Source: Oscillospiraceae bacterium (GTDB taxonomy: Bacteria > Bacillota > Clostridia > Oscillospirales > CAG-272). From it: a DNA stretch of 64,000 nucleotides. The stretch lies in contig SVTR01000008.1 of the NCBI GenBank assembly GCA_015063685.1, positions 1,451 to 65,450 on the forward strand. The letters run 5' to 3'. Numbering within the stretch: the first letter of the stretch is position 1; the number at the start of each line of letters is the position of its first letter. The notes beneath the pieces are model-generated. The model saw nothing but the letters and a program-made list of their open reading frames with translations, was not told the DNA's origin and made no database searches. A program made the position numbers and the translations under genes. Positions 7,658-16,857 of this stretch are shown one piece after another.

Positions 7658-10288
7658 TTATTTCAGCATAGAAGCCAGCGTGGCAGAAGCAGAAGCCAAA
7701 GCCTCGTTCAGCTTGGAGAATTCCTTGCCGCCTGCCATGGCAGAGTCGGGACGTCCGCCGCCCTTACCGCCGGTGACAGCCGCAACGGCACCCACCAGCT
7801 TGCCTGCGTGTGCGCCGTGAGCCACGGCATCCTTGCCTGCGCAGGACAGGAACTTGACGCTCTCGCCGTCGGAGATGGCAATGACAGCCACCACGTCAGC
7901 GTAGGTGTCCTTGATCTTGTCGGTCATGGAGCGGGCAATATCCACAGCCAGACCGGGCATATGAACGGTGACCAGCTTGAAATCACCCACGGAAACCGCA
8001 TTCTTGATGAGATCGCTGACCTGGGAAGCGGCGATCTTGCCGTTCAAAGACTCGATCTCCTTGTGGGCGGCGTTCAGCTCGGACTGAAGCTGGGTCGCCT
8101 TGTGGGCGATGTCGGCGGGATTGTTGACCTTCAACTCCTTGGCGGTGCTGTGGATCAGCGCGTCCTTCTGACCCAGCAGAGCCAGCACGCCGGTACCGGT
8201 GACGGCCTCGATACGGCGCACGCCTGCGGCCACCGAGGACTCGGAGATAATCTTGAAGAGACCGATCTTACCCGTGTTGTCCACGTGAGTACCGCCGCAA
8301 AGCTCAATGGAGCTGGAGCCCATGCGGACCACGCGGACGGTCTTGCCGTACTTCTCACCGAACAGAGCCATAGCCCCCAGAGCCTTGGCCTCGTCGATGC
8401 CCATCTCGGTCATGGAGCCCTCGCCGGCGGCCAGGATCTCGGTGTTGACGATGGCTTCCACCTTGGAAATCTCCTCGGCGGTCATAGCGGCGAAGTGGGT
8501 GAAGTCGAAGCGGCAAACCGTGTCGGAGACGTAGGAGCCTGCCTGCTCAACGTGGGTACCCAACACCTGACGCAGAGCGTTCTGCAAGAGGTGAGCGGCG
8601 GAGTGGTTACGCATGATGGACTGACGGCGCTCGGAATTGTACTGTACCTTCAGGGTGTCACCCACACGGATGATACCTGCGTTGGCATTACACAAATGCA
8701 GATAAATGCCATCGCTCTTTTTGGTGTCCAGAATGAGTGCCATGGTGTCGGGACCGAAAACCGAGCCATCGTCACCTACCTGGCCACCACCCTCGCCATA
8801 GCAAACGGTCTTGTCCAGAATCAAGGTGAATTCGCCTTCGGAAACCTCGTCCACCAAACCTTCGTCTACGATAATGGCGAGAACCTTGGCATCACAAACC
8901 TGCTCGGTGTAACCGACGAACTCGGTCTTGGGCAGATCCGCCAACATAGAGCCGGATGCGTTTGCCCAACCGCTGATGTTGGCGCGTGCGGCGCGTGCGC
9001 GCACCTTCTGCTCCTGCATCAGCTCCAGGAAACGGTCGTTATCGTAGGTCATACCTGCTTCTTCGATGATCTCACGGGTGAGGTCGATGGGGAAGCCGAA
9101 GGTATCGTACAGCTTGAAGGCATCCTCGCCCGAGACCTCGGTCTTGCCCTCGGCGCGGGCGGTGTCGATGACGCTATTCAGAATGGACAGACCCGCGTCG
9201 ATGGTGGCGTCGAATCTCTCCTCCTCCAGGGTCAGCACCTTGAGGATGTAGTCGTACTTCTCGGAAAGCTCGGGGTACGCGCCGCAGTTCTGCTCCATGG
9301 CCACCTTGCACAGGTCAGTCAGGAAGGGATGGTCAATGCCCAGGAGCTTACCGTGACGGCAAGCGCGGCGGATGATGCGGCGCAGGACGTAGCCGCGGCC
9401 CTCGTTGGAGGGAATGACGCCGTCGGCGATCATGAACATAGCCGACTTGATGTGGTCGGTGCAGACGCGGATGGAGATATCGTCGTTCTTGTCGGCACCG
9501 TACTCCTTGCCCGCAATCTGACAGACGGTGTCCAGGATCTTGCGGTTGGTGTCCACCAGGAACATATTGTCCACGTCCTGCATGACGCAGGCCAGACGCT
9601 CCAGACCCATGCCCGTGTCGATATTCTTCTGTGCCAGCTCGGTGTAGTTGCCGTTGCCGTCGTTGTTGAACTGAGAGAAGACGTTGTTCCAGATCTCCAT
9701 GAAACGGTCGCAGTCACAGCCGGGCTTACAGTCGGGAGAGCCGCAGCCGCGAGCCTCGCCGCGGTCAAAGTAGATCTCGGAGCAGGGGCCGCAGGGGCCG
9801 GAGCCGTGCTCCCAGAAGTTGTCGGCCTTGCCCAGACGGACGATGCGCTCGGCGGGAACGCCCACCACGTCAGCCCACAGGTGGTAGGCCTCCTCGTCCT
9901 TCTCGTAGATGGAGGGCCAGAGCAGGTTCTCGGGGATCTCCAGAGTCACGGTGAGGAACTCCCAGGCCCACGGAATGGCCTCGTTCTTGAAGTAATCGCC
10001 GAAGGAGAAGTTACCCAGCATCTCAAAGAAGGTGCCGTGGCGGGCGGTGTGGCCCACGCGCTCCAGGTCGGGGGTACGGATGCACTTCTGGCAGGTGCAA
10101 ACGCGGTTGCGGGGAGGGATCTCCTCACCCGTGAAGAACTTCTTCATGGGGGCCATGCCCGAGTTGATGAGGAGCAGGGAAGGATCGTTGATGGGGACCA
10201 GGGGGTAGGAGGGGAGACGAAGGTGACCCTTCGACTCGAAGAATGCGAGATATTTCTCGCGCAGATCGTTAAGAGATGTCCACTGCAT
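7658..10288 (-). CDS. alaS: Alanine--tRNA ligase
   Basis: An 876-aa ORF whose N-terminus MQWTSLNDLREKYLAFFESKGHLRLPSYPLVP and overall class II AlaRS layout are unmistakable. Confidence 0.97.
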   Translation of the reverse strand: MQWTSLNDLREKYLAFFESKGHLRLPSYPLVPINDPSLLLINSGMAPMKKFFTGEEIPPRNRVCTCQKCIRTPDLERVGHTARHGTFFEMLGNFSFGDYFKNEAIPWAWEFLTVTLEIPENLLWPSIYEKDEEAYHLWADVVGVPAERIVRLGKADNFWEHGSGPCGPCSEIYFDRGEARGCGSPDCKPGCDCDRFMEIWNNVFSQFNNDGNGNYTELAQKNIDTGMGLERLACVMQDVDNMFLVDTNRKILDTVCQIAGKEYGADKNDDISIRVCTDHIKSAMFMIADGVIPSNEGRGYVLRRIIRRACRHGKLLGIDHPFLTDLCKVAMEQNCGAYPELSEKYDYILKVLTLEEERFDATIDAGLSILNSVIDTARAEGKTEVSGEDAFKLYDTFGFPIDLTREIIEEAGMTYDNDRFLELMQEQKVRARAARANISGWANASGSMLADLPKTEFVGYTEQVCDAKVLAIIVDEGLVDEVSEGEFTLILDKTVCYGEGGGQVGDDGSVFGPDTMALILDTKKSDGIYLHLCNANAGIIRVGDTLKVQYNSERRQSIMRNHSAAHLLQNALRQVLGTHVEQAGSYVSDTVCRFDFTHFAAMTAEEISKVEAIVNTEILAAGEGSMTEMGIDEAKALGAMALFGEKYGKTVRVVRMGSSSIELCGGTHVDNTGKIGLFKIISESSVAAGVRRIEAVTGTGVLALLGQKDALIHSTAKELKVNNPADIAHKATQLQSELNAAHKEIESLNGKIAASQVSDLIKNAVSVGDFKLVTVHMPGLAVDIARSMTDKIKDTYADVVAVIAISDGESVKFLSCAGKDAVAHGAHAGKLVGAVAAVTGGKGGGRPDSAMAGGKEFSKLNEALASASATLASMLK

Positions 10289-10337
10289 GATGGTGTTGCC
10301 TTTCTTTTATATGTGTTTAATTTTTTTATTGTTACCG

Positions 10338-10448
10338 GTCATCCTGAGCAGAACGGAGCGTGTGCGAAGCATCGCGAAGTGAAGTCGAAGGATCTCCTCA
10401 GGGGGCGAGATCCTTCGACTTCGGGCTTCGCCCTTCGCTCAGGATGAC
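10338..10448. repeat. Long imperfect hairpin element (H family: GTCATCCTGAGC...CGAAGGATC / GATCCTTCG...GCTCAGGATGAC)
   Basis: It has an outer 12-bp and an inner 14-bp inverted repeat. Related copies lie at 17983-18109 and 29758-29884. Confidence 0.85.
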
Positions 10449-10465
10449 TGTTTATTGTATGGAAC

Positions 10466-11338
10466 TTATCCCTCGTACAACGCCGCCCCGATGACGGTGC
10501 CGAAGCTGGAATTCTCGGGGATGATGAACCGCACCCCGAAATGGGAGGCCAGACCCTCGAAGACCTTGCGGATGGGGGCGATGGTGGTGAGATTGCCCGT
10601 AAGAACAATGTCCGCGATGCCCTTGCTCCGCGCCGCGAAGATGGACATCATGAAGATGGTCTCGGCCACCATGTTGGCGATGCCCAGGGCGATATCGTGG
10701 CTGTCGGCCATGTCGCTGAGGTTACCGAAATTGGAGGCGGTGAGGTTGATGCTCATCTCGGGGAACTGCCCCTGCTGGGTGATGTCCTTGATGGTCAGGT
10801 CGATCTTCCCAAGATCGCCGCCCTCGCAGAGCTGCTCGATGTGGGCGATGGTGTCCACGCCCAGCATTTTTTTGGTCAGACCCAGAAGGGTACCGCCGCC
10901 CACGCCCGTACCGCCCAGATAGTCAATGGCGGTGGTGCCGTCGGGGTTCCGCTTGGCGTGTACCAGAGCCGTACCCGTGCCCATGCTGACGATGATGGCC
11001 TCGTTAAGCCCCGACAGATACAGACCGCCCAGACCCACGCCCGAGAACTCGGGGACGGATTTGCATTCCAAATTGTAAATGGGGCCTGACAGGTAGGAGG
11101 AGCCTACGCCCGTGGTCATGACCCGCTTGATGTCTGAGAGGGCTAGACCGTTCTCAGCGGTGTAGCGCCCCAGGGCGCCGTAGATGGAGGTGATGGGGTC
11201 GGTGGCTCGCACGAAGAGGGGAGGCATCAGGGTGCGGGTGCCGTCGGCGTTTTGCCGGAAGCCTACGATCTTGGTGGTGCTGCCGCCCACGTCGATGCCC
11301 AGAACCACAGAGCCGCTTGTATGTAGGTTCTCTGTCAT
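10466..11338 (-). CDS. coaW: Type II pantothenate kinase
   Basis: GIDVGGSTTKIVGF, SMGTGTALV, LGGTGVGGGTLLGL, GDLGKIDLTIKDI, LTASNFGN and ENSSFGTVIGAALYE parallel Staphylococcus CoaW. The start is trimmed to the ATG at 11338 (AAGGAG upstream). Confidence 0.8.
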   Translation of the reverse strand: MTENLHTSGSVVLGIDVGGSTTKIVGFRQNADGTRTLMPPLFVRATDPITSIYGALGRYTAENGLALSDIKRVMTTGVGSSYLSGPIYNLECKSVPEFSGVGLGGLYLSGLNEAIIVSMGTGTALVHAKRNPDGTTAIDYLGGTGVGGGTLLGLTKKMLGVDTIAHIEQLCEGGDLGKIDLTIKDITQQGQFPEMSINLTASNFGNLSDMADSHDIALGIANMVAETIFMMSIFAARSKGIADIVLTGNLTTIAPIRKVFEGLASHFGVRFIIPENSSFGTVIGAALYEG

Positions 11339-11407
11339 GACGAAAGAACTCCTTTCCACGGAGCGGCCTGCACGCGCAGACCTATCCATTATTCATACAG
11401 ATAAAAT

Positions 11408-11436
11408 ATTATACCACACTCTTGCAAAAAAATCAA
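11408..11436 (-). promoter_or_regulatory. Putative sigma-A promoter for coaW-alaS
   Basis: On the minus strand: TTGATT, 17 nt, then TGgTATAAT (extended -10). Confidence 0.45.
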
Positions 11437-11450
11437 GAATATGGTATACT
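11422..11450 (+). promoter_or_regulatory. Putative sigma-A promoter for the SGNH hydrolase gene
   Basis: TTGCAA, 17 nt, then TGgTATACT (extended -10), 77 nt upstream of the ATG at 11527. Confidence 0.45.
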
Positions 11451-11526
11451 AATATCAGCAAAATTTTTGGATTTTTTTGTGCTTTTGTGCGAAAAACACT
11501 ATCTTACTATATTAAGGAGGCGTCCC

Positions 11527-12612
11527 ATGTCCAAGTCCATCTTCGAAATTGATCAGAATTTAGCCGTTGAAACGGTGGCCAATCTCCCCGTTCAGTTTGT
11601 CAACGTCCTTGACGCGCCCTTCAACCTCTACGGTCTCTGCGACCCCCACGGCGGCGGAGCCTTCCACCGCATCCCCCAGGAGGTGGCCGACGCCACCAAC
11701 GAGGGGGTGAAGTTTCTCAACCTCCACACCTCGGGCGGCCGCGTGCGCTTTAAGACCGATTCCCCCCACCTGGCGGTGAAGGTCAAGCTCTCGGGTGTGG
11801 GCATGATGCCCCATATGACTCTCGTGGGTACGGCAGGAATTGACGTATATCTTGGCTACGACGGCGAGTATCGCTACTACGGCTCCTGCTTGACCGAGAT
11901 GGGTAACGACGCCGCCATCAAGATGACCGAGAATAAGGGGTATACCAACATGGTCTGGCTCCCCGCAGAAGGGATGCAGGACGTCCTCCTGAACCTTCCC
12001 CTCTACGGCGGGATCGACGAGCTGTGGCTGGGACTAGCCCCAGGCTCCAAGATAGAACCCGCCGCTCCCTACCGTGACCTGCTTCCCACGGTCTACTATG
12101 GCTCCTCCATCACCCAAGGGGGATGTGCCTCCCGCCCCGGCAATCATTATCCAAACATCCTTTCTCGCAAATACAACGTGGACTTTCGCAACCTGGGCTT
12201 CTCGGGGAGCGCCCGCGGTGAGCAGGCCATATCCGACTACATCGCAAGCCAACCCATGTCGGCCTTCGTCTACGCCTATGACCACAACGCCCCCACCGTG
12301 GAGCATCTGGCCGCCACCCATGAGCCTATGTACCTGAATATCCGCGCCACCCATCCCGACACCCCCGTCGTCTTCATCACTCGCCCCGGCATCCGCTACA
12401 ACGCCGAGGAAAGAGCCCGCCGCGAGGTGGTCAAGGCCACCTATGAGAACGCTAAGGCCAGAGGGGAGAACGTCTACTTCGTGGACGGCGAGACTATCTT
12501 CGCCATCTTCGGCGGCGACGGCGGCAGCGTGGACGGATGCCACCCCAACGATCTGGGCTTTGCCTGCGTGGCGGCGGCCCTCGACCCCATTTTTGCGGAG
12601 ATTTACGGATAA
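11527..12612 (+). CDS. SGNH/GDSL-type hydrolase (esterase-like)
   Basis: Carries YYGSSITQGGCASRPG (block I Ser), GFSGSARGE, and DGCHPNDLGF (block V D..H). The start is trimmed to the ATG at 11527 after AAGGAGG. Confidence 0.75.
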   Translation: MSKSIFEIDQNLAVETVANLPVQFVNVLDAPFNLYGLCDPHGGGAFHRIPQEVADATNEGVKFLNLHTSGGRVRFKTDSPHLAVKVKLSGVGMMPHMTLVGTAGIDVYLGYDGEYRYYGSCLTEMGNDAAIKMTENKGYTNMVWLPAEGMQDVLLNLPLYGGIDELWLGLAPGSKIEPAAPYRDLLPTVYYGSSITQGGCASRPGNHYPNILSRKYNVDFRNLGFSGSARGEQAISDYIASQPMSAFVYAYDHNAPTVEHLAATHEPMYLNIRATHPDTPVVFITRPGIRYNAEERARREVVKATYENAKARGENVYFVDGETIFAIFGGDGGSVDGCHPNDLGFACVAAALDPIFAEIYG

Positions 12613-12829
12613 ATTGTAGTTTATCGGTCGGTTCGTTCCCCGCTCCCCGACCTTCCCCTTTGGGGAAGGTGGCGCGCCCGTAGGGCGTGACGGATGAGGT
12701 GATAACGCTGGCACATCAAGATGTTTTGGCCCATACGTCTTACCTCATCCACCACCTTCGGTGGTCCCCCTTCCCCAAAGGGGAAGGTTCGGAAACGTTG
12801 GTTGCAACCCACCGATAAACCCAAATTTG
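12610..12829. repeat. Palindromic element, P family, bounded by junction-motif variants
   Basis: The ends are TAAATTGTAGTTTATCGGT and ACCGATAAACCCAAATTT. Inside are two CCTTCCCCTTTGGGGAAGG-type palindromes and a GGATGAGGT/ACCTCATCC pair. The first 3 nt are the upstream gene's stop codon. Confidence 0.85.
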
Positions 12830-12852
12830 AACACAAATGAAAGGATACACCC

Positions 12853-13674
12853 ATGACCCACCAGAATCCCCCCATCCAAATTCTCAAGGACAAAGAGCTG
12901 TACGTCTTCGACATGGACGGCACCATTTACCTGGGAAAGATCGTCTTCGATTTCGCTATCCGTTTCATTGAGAATCTCCGCGCCGCGGGCAAGCGGGTGC
13001 TGTTCTTCACCAACAACGCCTCCCGCTCCACCGACGTCTACCTGGAAAAGCTCACCCGCCTGGGCTTCTCCCCCACGGCGGACGAGATCATGTCCTCCGC
13101 CGACGTGACGGTGGCCTATCTCAACACCTATCATAAGGATCAGACCGTCTATCTCATCGGCACGAAGCAGCTGGAGTCCCAGTTCCGCGCGGGGGGCATC
13201 CGTCTGGCCACGGGGAAGGAGGACTCCGTGGATGTGGTGGTGTCCAGCTTTGATACCGAGCTGACCTACGAAAAGCTGGACGACGGTTGCCGTCTCATCC
13301 GAAACGGGGCTACCTACCTATGCACTCACCCCGATTTCAATTGCCCCACCGACACGGGCTTCATGCCCGACAGCGGTGCCATCGCCGCCCTCATCACCGC
13401 CTCCACCGGCGTCATCCCCCGTTACCTGGGCAAGCCTTACCCCGAGGTGGTGGAGATGATCGAGCAGGTCACGGGAATCTCCCGCGACAAGACCTGCATT
13501 TTCGGCGACCGCCTCTACACCGACATCGCCTTGGGCGCGAAGAACGGCGTCACCTCCATCCTCGTTCTGACGGGGGAGGGAACCTATGAGGAGGCTATGG
13601 AGCTGTCCGAGGGGGAGAAGCCCGCCTTCATCTTCCCGTCGCTCGCGGAAGTGGACGAGTCCATCTTCTGCTGA
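12853..13674 (+). CDS. HAD-superfamily hydrolase, subfamily IIA (NagD-like)
   Basis: Carries FDMDGTIY, FFTNNASRS, and C-terminal GDRLYTDI. Confidence 0.8.
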   Translation: MTHQNPPIQILKDKELYVFDMDGTIYLGKIVFDFAIRFIENLRAAGKRVLFFTNNASRSTDVYLEKLTRLGFSPTADEIMSSADVTVAYLNTYHKDQTVYLIGTKQLESQFRAGGIRLATGKEDSVDVVVSSFDTELTYEKLDDGCRLIRNGATYLCTHPDFNCPTDTGFMPDSGAIAALITASTGVIPRYLGKPYPEVVEMIEQVTGISRDKTCIFGDRLYTDIALGAKNGVTSILVLTGEGTYEEAMELSEGEKPAFIFPSLAEVDESIFC

Positions 13675-13709
13675 AATCGTGAGAATTATCACATCCGACC
13701 AAAAATCGA

Positions 13710-13748
13710 AACGCCGTGAAGCCTTTGTAAGCTCACGGCGTTCTTTTT
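13710..13748 (+). terminator. Rho-independent terminator
   Basis: Stem AACGCCGTGA / TCACGGCGTT followed by CTTTTT. Confidence 0.75.
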
Positions 13749-13939
13749 GACGGCAGAGTCATGATTTATATTGGTTGTCTTCCGGGCAGGATTCTGCTTG
13801 TGGACACGGCCATTTCTCGCGGATGCCACCGTATATTCATACGGAGTTCATAAACATATGATACAATCAAACCAATTATGTACAGTCCCCGAATGGGTGT
13901 TGAAATGCTCAAAAAATGGGGAAACAGGAAGGATTATTT

Positions 13940-15121
13940 ATGCCAAAGAATAAAAGTAAGAAAGCGGAGCAAGGGGCTTGCCCCATCCGCAAAACCTCCA
14001 TCGGCGGCCAGGCCTTGATGGAAGGTATCATGATGCGGGGGCCGCAGATGACCGCCATGGCTGTCCGCAACACGCAGGGAGAGGTGGTCGTTGAAAAATT
14101 CCCCACAACCACAAAAAAGCGCGCTAAGATCTTAAAGCTCCCGATCATTCGCGGCGTTTTGGGCTTCGTGGATTCCATGACGCTGGGCTATAAGTGCCTT
14201 ATGCGCTCGGCTGAGATCTCGGGTCTTGAAGAACTTGAAGAAGAGATGGCCAAGGAAAAGGCTGAGAAGAAGGCCGCCAAGGCCGCCGCTAAAGCCGCCA
14301 AAAAGGGAAAAGAATCCCCCGAACAGATCAAAATTGCCGAGACTTCTGCCGTGAACGAAAATGCTGAAGCAACGGCCGCCGACGTAACGGCCGCCGACGT
14401 AACGGCCGCCGAAGAGGGAACTGCTACCGACGCAACGACCCAAAAGACAGATTCCAAGCCCGAAAAGAAGAAGGAAAGCTCCGCTTTTATGAATTTCTTT
14501 ATGGCCATCTCTTTGGTGCTTGCCATCGGGCTGATGATCCTGCTGTTTTTCTGGCTGCCCTCCTTCCTCTACAAGGACGTGCTGGAAAAATATGTGGGCG
14601 GTATTTTCAAGGAAAACCGTTTTCTGCAATCTGTTTGCGAAACCTCTCTCCGTCTCCTGCTGCTCGTGGGCTATATGTTCCTTATGCGTCTCATGAAGGA
14701 TACCCGCCGCACCTTCCAGTACCACGGTGCCGAGCACAAGACCATTTTCTGCTATGAGCACGGACTTGAGCTGACTGTGGAGAATGTCCGCAAGGAACGC
14801 CGCTTCCATCCCAGATGCGGTACCTCCTTCCTGGTGCTCATGCTCCTGGTGGGTATCGTCATCGGCTTCTTCATTCCTACGAGCTTGAACAAATGGCTTC
14901 GCACCGCGGTCAAGCTGCTGCTTTTGCCGATCACCATGGGGCTTGGCTATGAGCTCATCAAAATTTGCGGCAAGCACGACAACTGGCTGACCCGTATCAT
15001 CGCCGCCCCCGGTCTTTGGTTCCAGCGCCTCACCGTCCTGGAGCCTGACGATGACATGATTGAGTGCGCTATTGCCTCCATCAAGGAGGTTATTCCCGAA
15101 GACGGGAGCGATCAGATCTGA
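13940..15121 (+). CDS. DUF1385-family membrane protein with a ~90-aa low-complexity insert
   Basis: IGGQALMEGIMMRGP and HGAEHKTI/RFHPRCGTSF are typical of DUF1385. The Lys/Ala/Thr-rich insert contains a 15-bp tandem duplication at 14371-14400. The start (13916 or 13940) is uncertain. Confidence 0.75.
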   Translation: MPKNKSKKAEQGACPIRKTSIGGQALMEGIMMRGPQMTAMAVRNTQGEVVVEKFPTTTKKRAKILKLPIIRGVLGFVDSMTLGYKCLMRSAEISGLEELEEEMAKEKAEKKAAKAAAKAAKKGKESPEQIKIAETSAVNENAEATAADVTAADVTAAEEGTATDATTQKTDSKPEKKKESSAFMNFFMAISLVLAIGLMILLFFWLPSFLYKDVLEKYVGGIFKENRFLQSVCETSLRLLLLVGYMFLMRLMKDTRRTFQYHGAEHKTIFCYEHGLELTVENVRKERRFHPRCGTSFLVLMLLVGIVIGFFIPTSLNKWLRTAVKLLLLPITMGLGYELIKICGKHDNWLTRIIAAPGLWFQRLTVLEPDDDMIECAIASIKEVIPEDGSDQI

Positions 15122-15251
15122 GCGGGATAAGGATAACGGGGTGAAACTTCTAAAAAGGCCCGTTGATATTTCTACTGTTTACTCACGCCGCGGCTCTGAC
15201 CGCCGTTGAAAGTCATTTGCTTTATCCAATCCAAACCGAAAGGAACTGACC

Positions 15252-15971
15252 ATGAAAACCATCATCTGCAAGAACTATGAAGAAATGTCGGCTCGTGCTG
15301 CCGAGATTGTGGCCGACGTTATGAAAGCCGACCCTGCCTGCGTGCTGGGTCTTGCTACCGGCTCCACCCCCGTGGGGATGTATAAGAAGCTCATCGATAT
15401 GAACAAGGCCGGCGAGATCGACTTTTCTAAGGTCACTACCGTCAATTTGGACGAATATTATCCCATCGCCCCCGACAATGACCAGTCCTACCGTTACTTT
15501 ATGAATGAAAATCTCTTCAACCACGTCAATATCGACAAGACGAAGACCTACGTTCCCGACGGTATGGCCGCCGATCCCGACGAGGCTTGCGCCGCCTACG
15601 AGGCTCTGGTGAAGAAGGTGGGTCCCGCGGATATCCAGGTGCTGGGTATCGGACAGAACGGTCACATCGGCTTCAACGAGCCTGCCGACGCCCTGGAGGT
15701 CGCTACCCACGTGACAGGACTCACCGAATCCACCATCAAGGCCAACGCCCGTTTCTTTGCCTCCGAGTCTGACGTGCCCACCAAGGCCTTGACCATGGGT
15801 ATCGGTACGATTCTGTCCGCCAAAAAAATCATCATTCTGGCCAACGGCGCCGCCAAGGCCGAGGCTGTGAAGAAAATGCTGGCAGGCAAGCTGGATACAT
15901 CCTGCCCCGCCTCTATGCTCAATCTCCACGCAGACGTCACCGTCATTTGTGACGAGGCGGCTGTGATCTAA
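15252..15971 (+). CDS. nagB: Glucosamine-6-phosphate deaminase
   Basis: Carries LGLATGSTPVGMYKKLI, VNLDEYY and GIGQNGHIGFNEP. Confidence 0.92.
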   Translation: MKTIICKNYEEMSARAAEIVADVMKADPACVLGLATGSTPVGMYKKLIDMNKAGEIDFSKVTTVNLDEYYPIAPDNDQSYRYFMNENLFNHVNIDKTKTYVPDGMAADPDEACAAYEALVKKVGPADIQVLGIGQNGHIGFNEPADALEVATHVTGLTESTIKANARFFASESDVPTKALTMGIGTILSAKKIIILANGAAKAEAVKKMLAGKLDTSCPASMLNLHADVTVICDEAAVI

Positions 15972-15995
15972 CAAAATCTCCCATCCTCTCCCGAT

Positions 15996-16025
15996 GCATA
16001 CACCTCTTGTGCAGTGGTAAATACT
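15996..16025 (+). promoter_or_regulatory. Putative forespore (sigma-F/sigma-G type) promoter of sigG
   Basis: GCATA, 15 nt, then GGTAAATACT. This resembles my recollection of the Bacillus sigma-F consensus GCATA-N15-GGnnAnAnTn. Confidence 0.4.
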
Positions 16026-16074
16026 TCTCTTGAAGTACGGAAGCGTCGATCGCTTCCCCATCAGGAGCTTTACC

Positions 16075-16857
16075 ATGTACAACAACCATAAAGTTGTCAT
16101 CTGTGGTGTAAATACGGCAAACCTCAAGGTACTGACCGAGAAAGAAAAACAGGACCTCATGGTGCGTGTCAGAGGAGGAGATACCCAAGCCCGTCAGGAA
16201 ATGATCTGCGGGAATCTGCGACTGGTGCTGTCTTTGGTACAGCGGTTTGCAGGACGAAAAGAAAATCTGGATGACCTCTTTCAGGTGGGTTGCATCGGCC
16301 TTGTGAAGGCGGTTGACAATTTTGACATCACGAAAGAGGTCATGTTTTCCACTTACGCCGTTCCAATGATCATCGGAGAGATGCGGCGCTATCTCAGAGA
16401 TAACGCCACCGTGCGGATCAGTCGCTCGGTTCGAGATCTGGCTTACCGTGCCCTCCAGGTGAGAGAGGAGCTTTCCGCCGAGCTGTCCCGCGACCCCACC
16501 CCCGACGAGATCGCCGAAAGACTGGGGGTGCCCCGACAGCGGGTGGTGGCGGCTATGGATGCCATCGTGGAGCCCATCTCTCTCTACGAGCCCGTGTTCA
16601 GCGAGAACGGGGATTCCCTCTATGTCATCGATCAACTCTCGGACACCTCACGCGACGCCAGCGACGAGTCCTGGCTGGAGAACATCGCCCTCCGCGAGGC
16701 GGTGGCGACCCTGTCTCCTCGAGAACAGAATATTATCAAGCTCCGCTATTTCAAGGATAAGACCCAGATGGAGATCGCCTCTGAGATCGGCATCTCGCAG
16801 GCCCAGGTGTCGAGGATTGAAAAGGCGGCGCTGCAGAAGCTTAAAAAACAGTTGTAA
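16075..16857 (+). CDS. sigG: Sporulation sigma factor SigG
   Basis: Near-colinear with B. subtilis SigG: KVVICGVNT, GNLRLVLSLVQRF, DDLFQVGCIGLVKAVDNFD, FSTYAVPMIIGEMRRYLRDN, GISQAQVSRIEKAAL. The ATG at 16075 has AGGAG upstream. Confidence 0.9.
   Translation: MYNNHKVVICGVNTANLKVLTEKEKQDLMVRVRGGDTQARQEMICGNLRLVLSLVQRFAGRKENLDDLFQVGCIGLVKAVDNFDITKEVMFSTYAVPMIIGEMRRYLRDNATVRISRSVRDLAYRALQVREELSAELSRDPTPDEIAERLGVPRQRVVAAMDAIVEPISLYEPVFSENGDSLYVIDQLSDTSRDASDESWLENIALREAVATLSPREQNIIKLRYFKDKTQMEIASEIGISQAQVSRIEKAALQKLKKQL

Noticed and set aside
7808-10447. An 879-aa plus-strand ORF antisense to alaS. Similar long antisense ORFs lie at 35028-37229 (versus polC), 44816-47182 (versus yfhO), 19994-21625, 25363-26628, 28261-29682, 49968-51356, 51378-52814, 53090-54841, 5615-6865, 40457-41269 and 54941-55855.
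   Set aside because: Each lies opposite a gene with strong, recognisable family motifs. Their translations are Gly/Ala/Val/His/Leu/Asp-rich low-information sequence, typical of the stop-poor antisense frame of GC3-rich genes. None has an RBS or a known motif.
10289-10465. Expected a T-box riboswitch leader upstream of alaS.
   Set aside because: I found no T-box consensus stretch and no specifier or antiterminator arrangement. The spacer is largely an H-family repeat hairpin. It still deserves a covariance-model scan.
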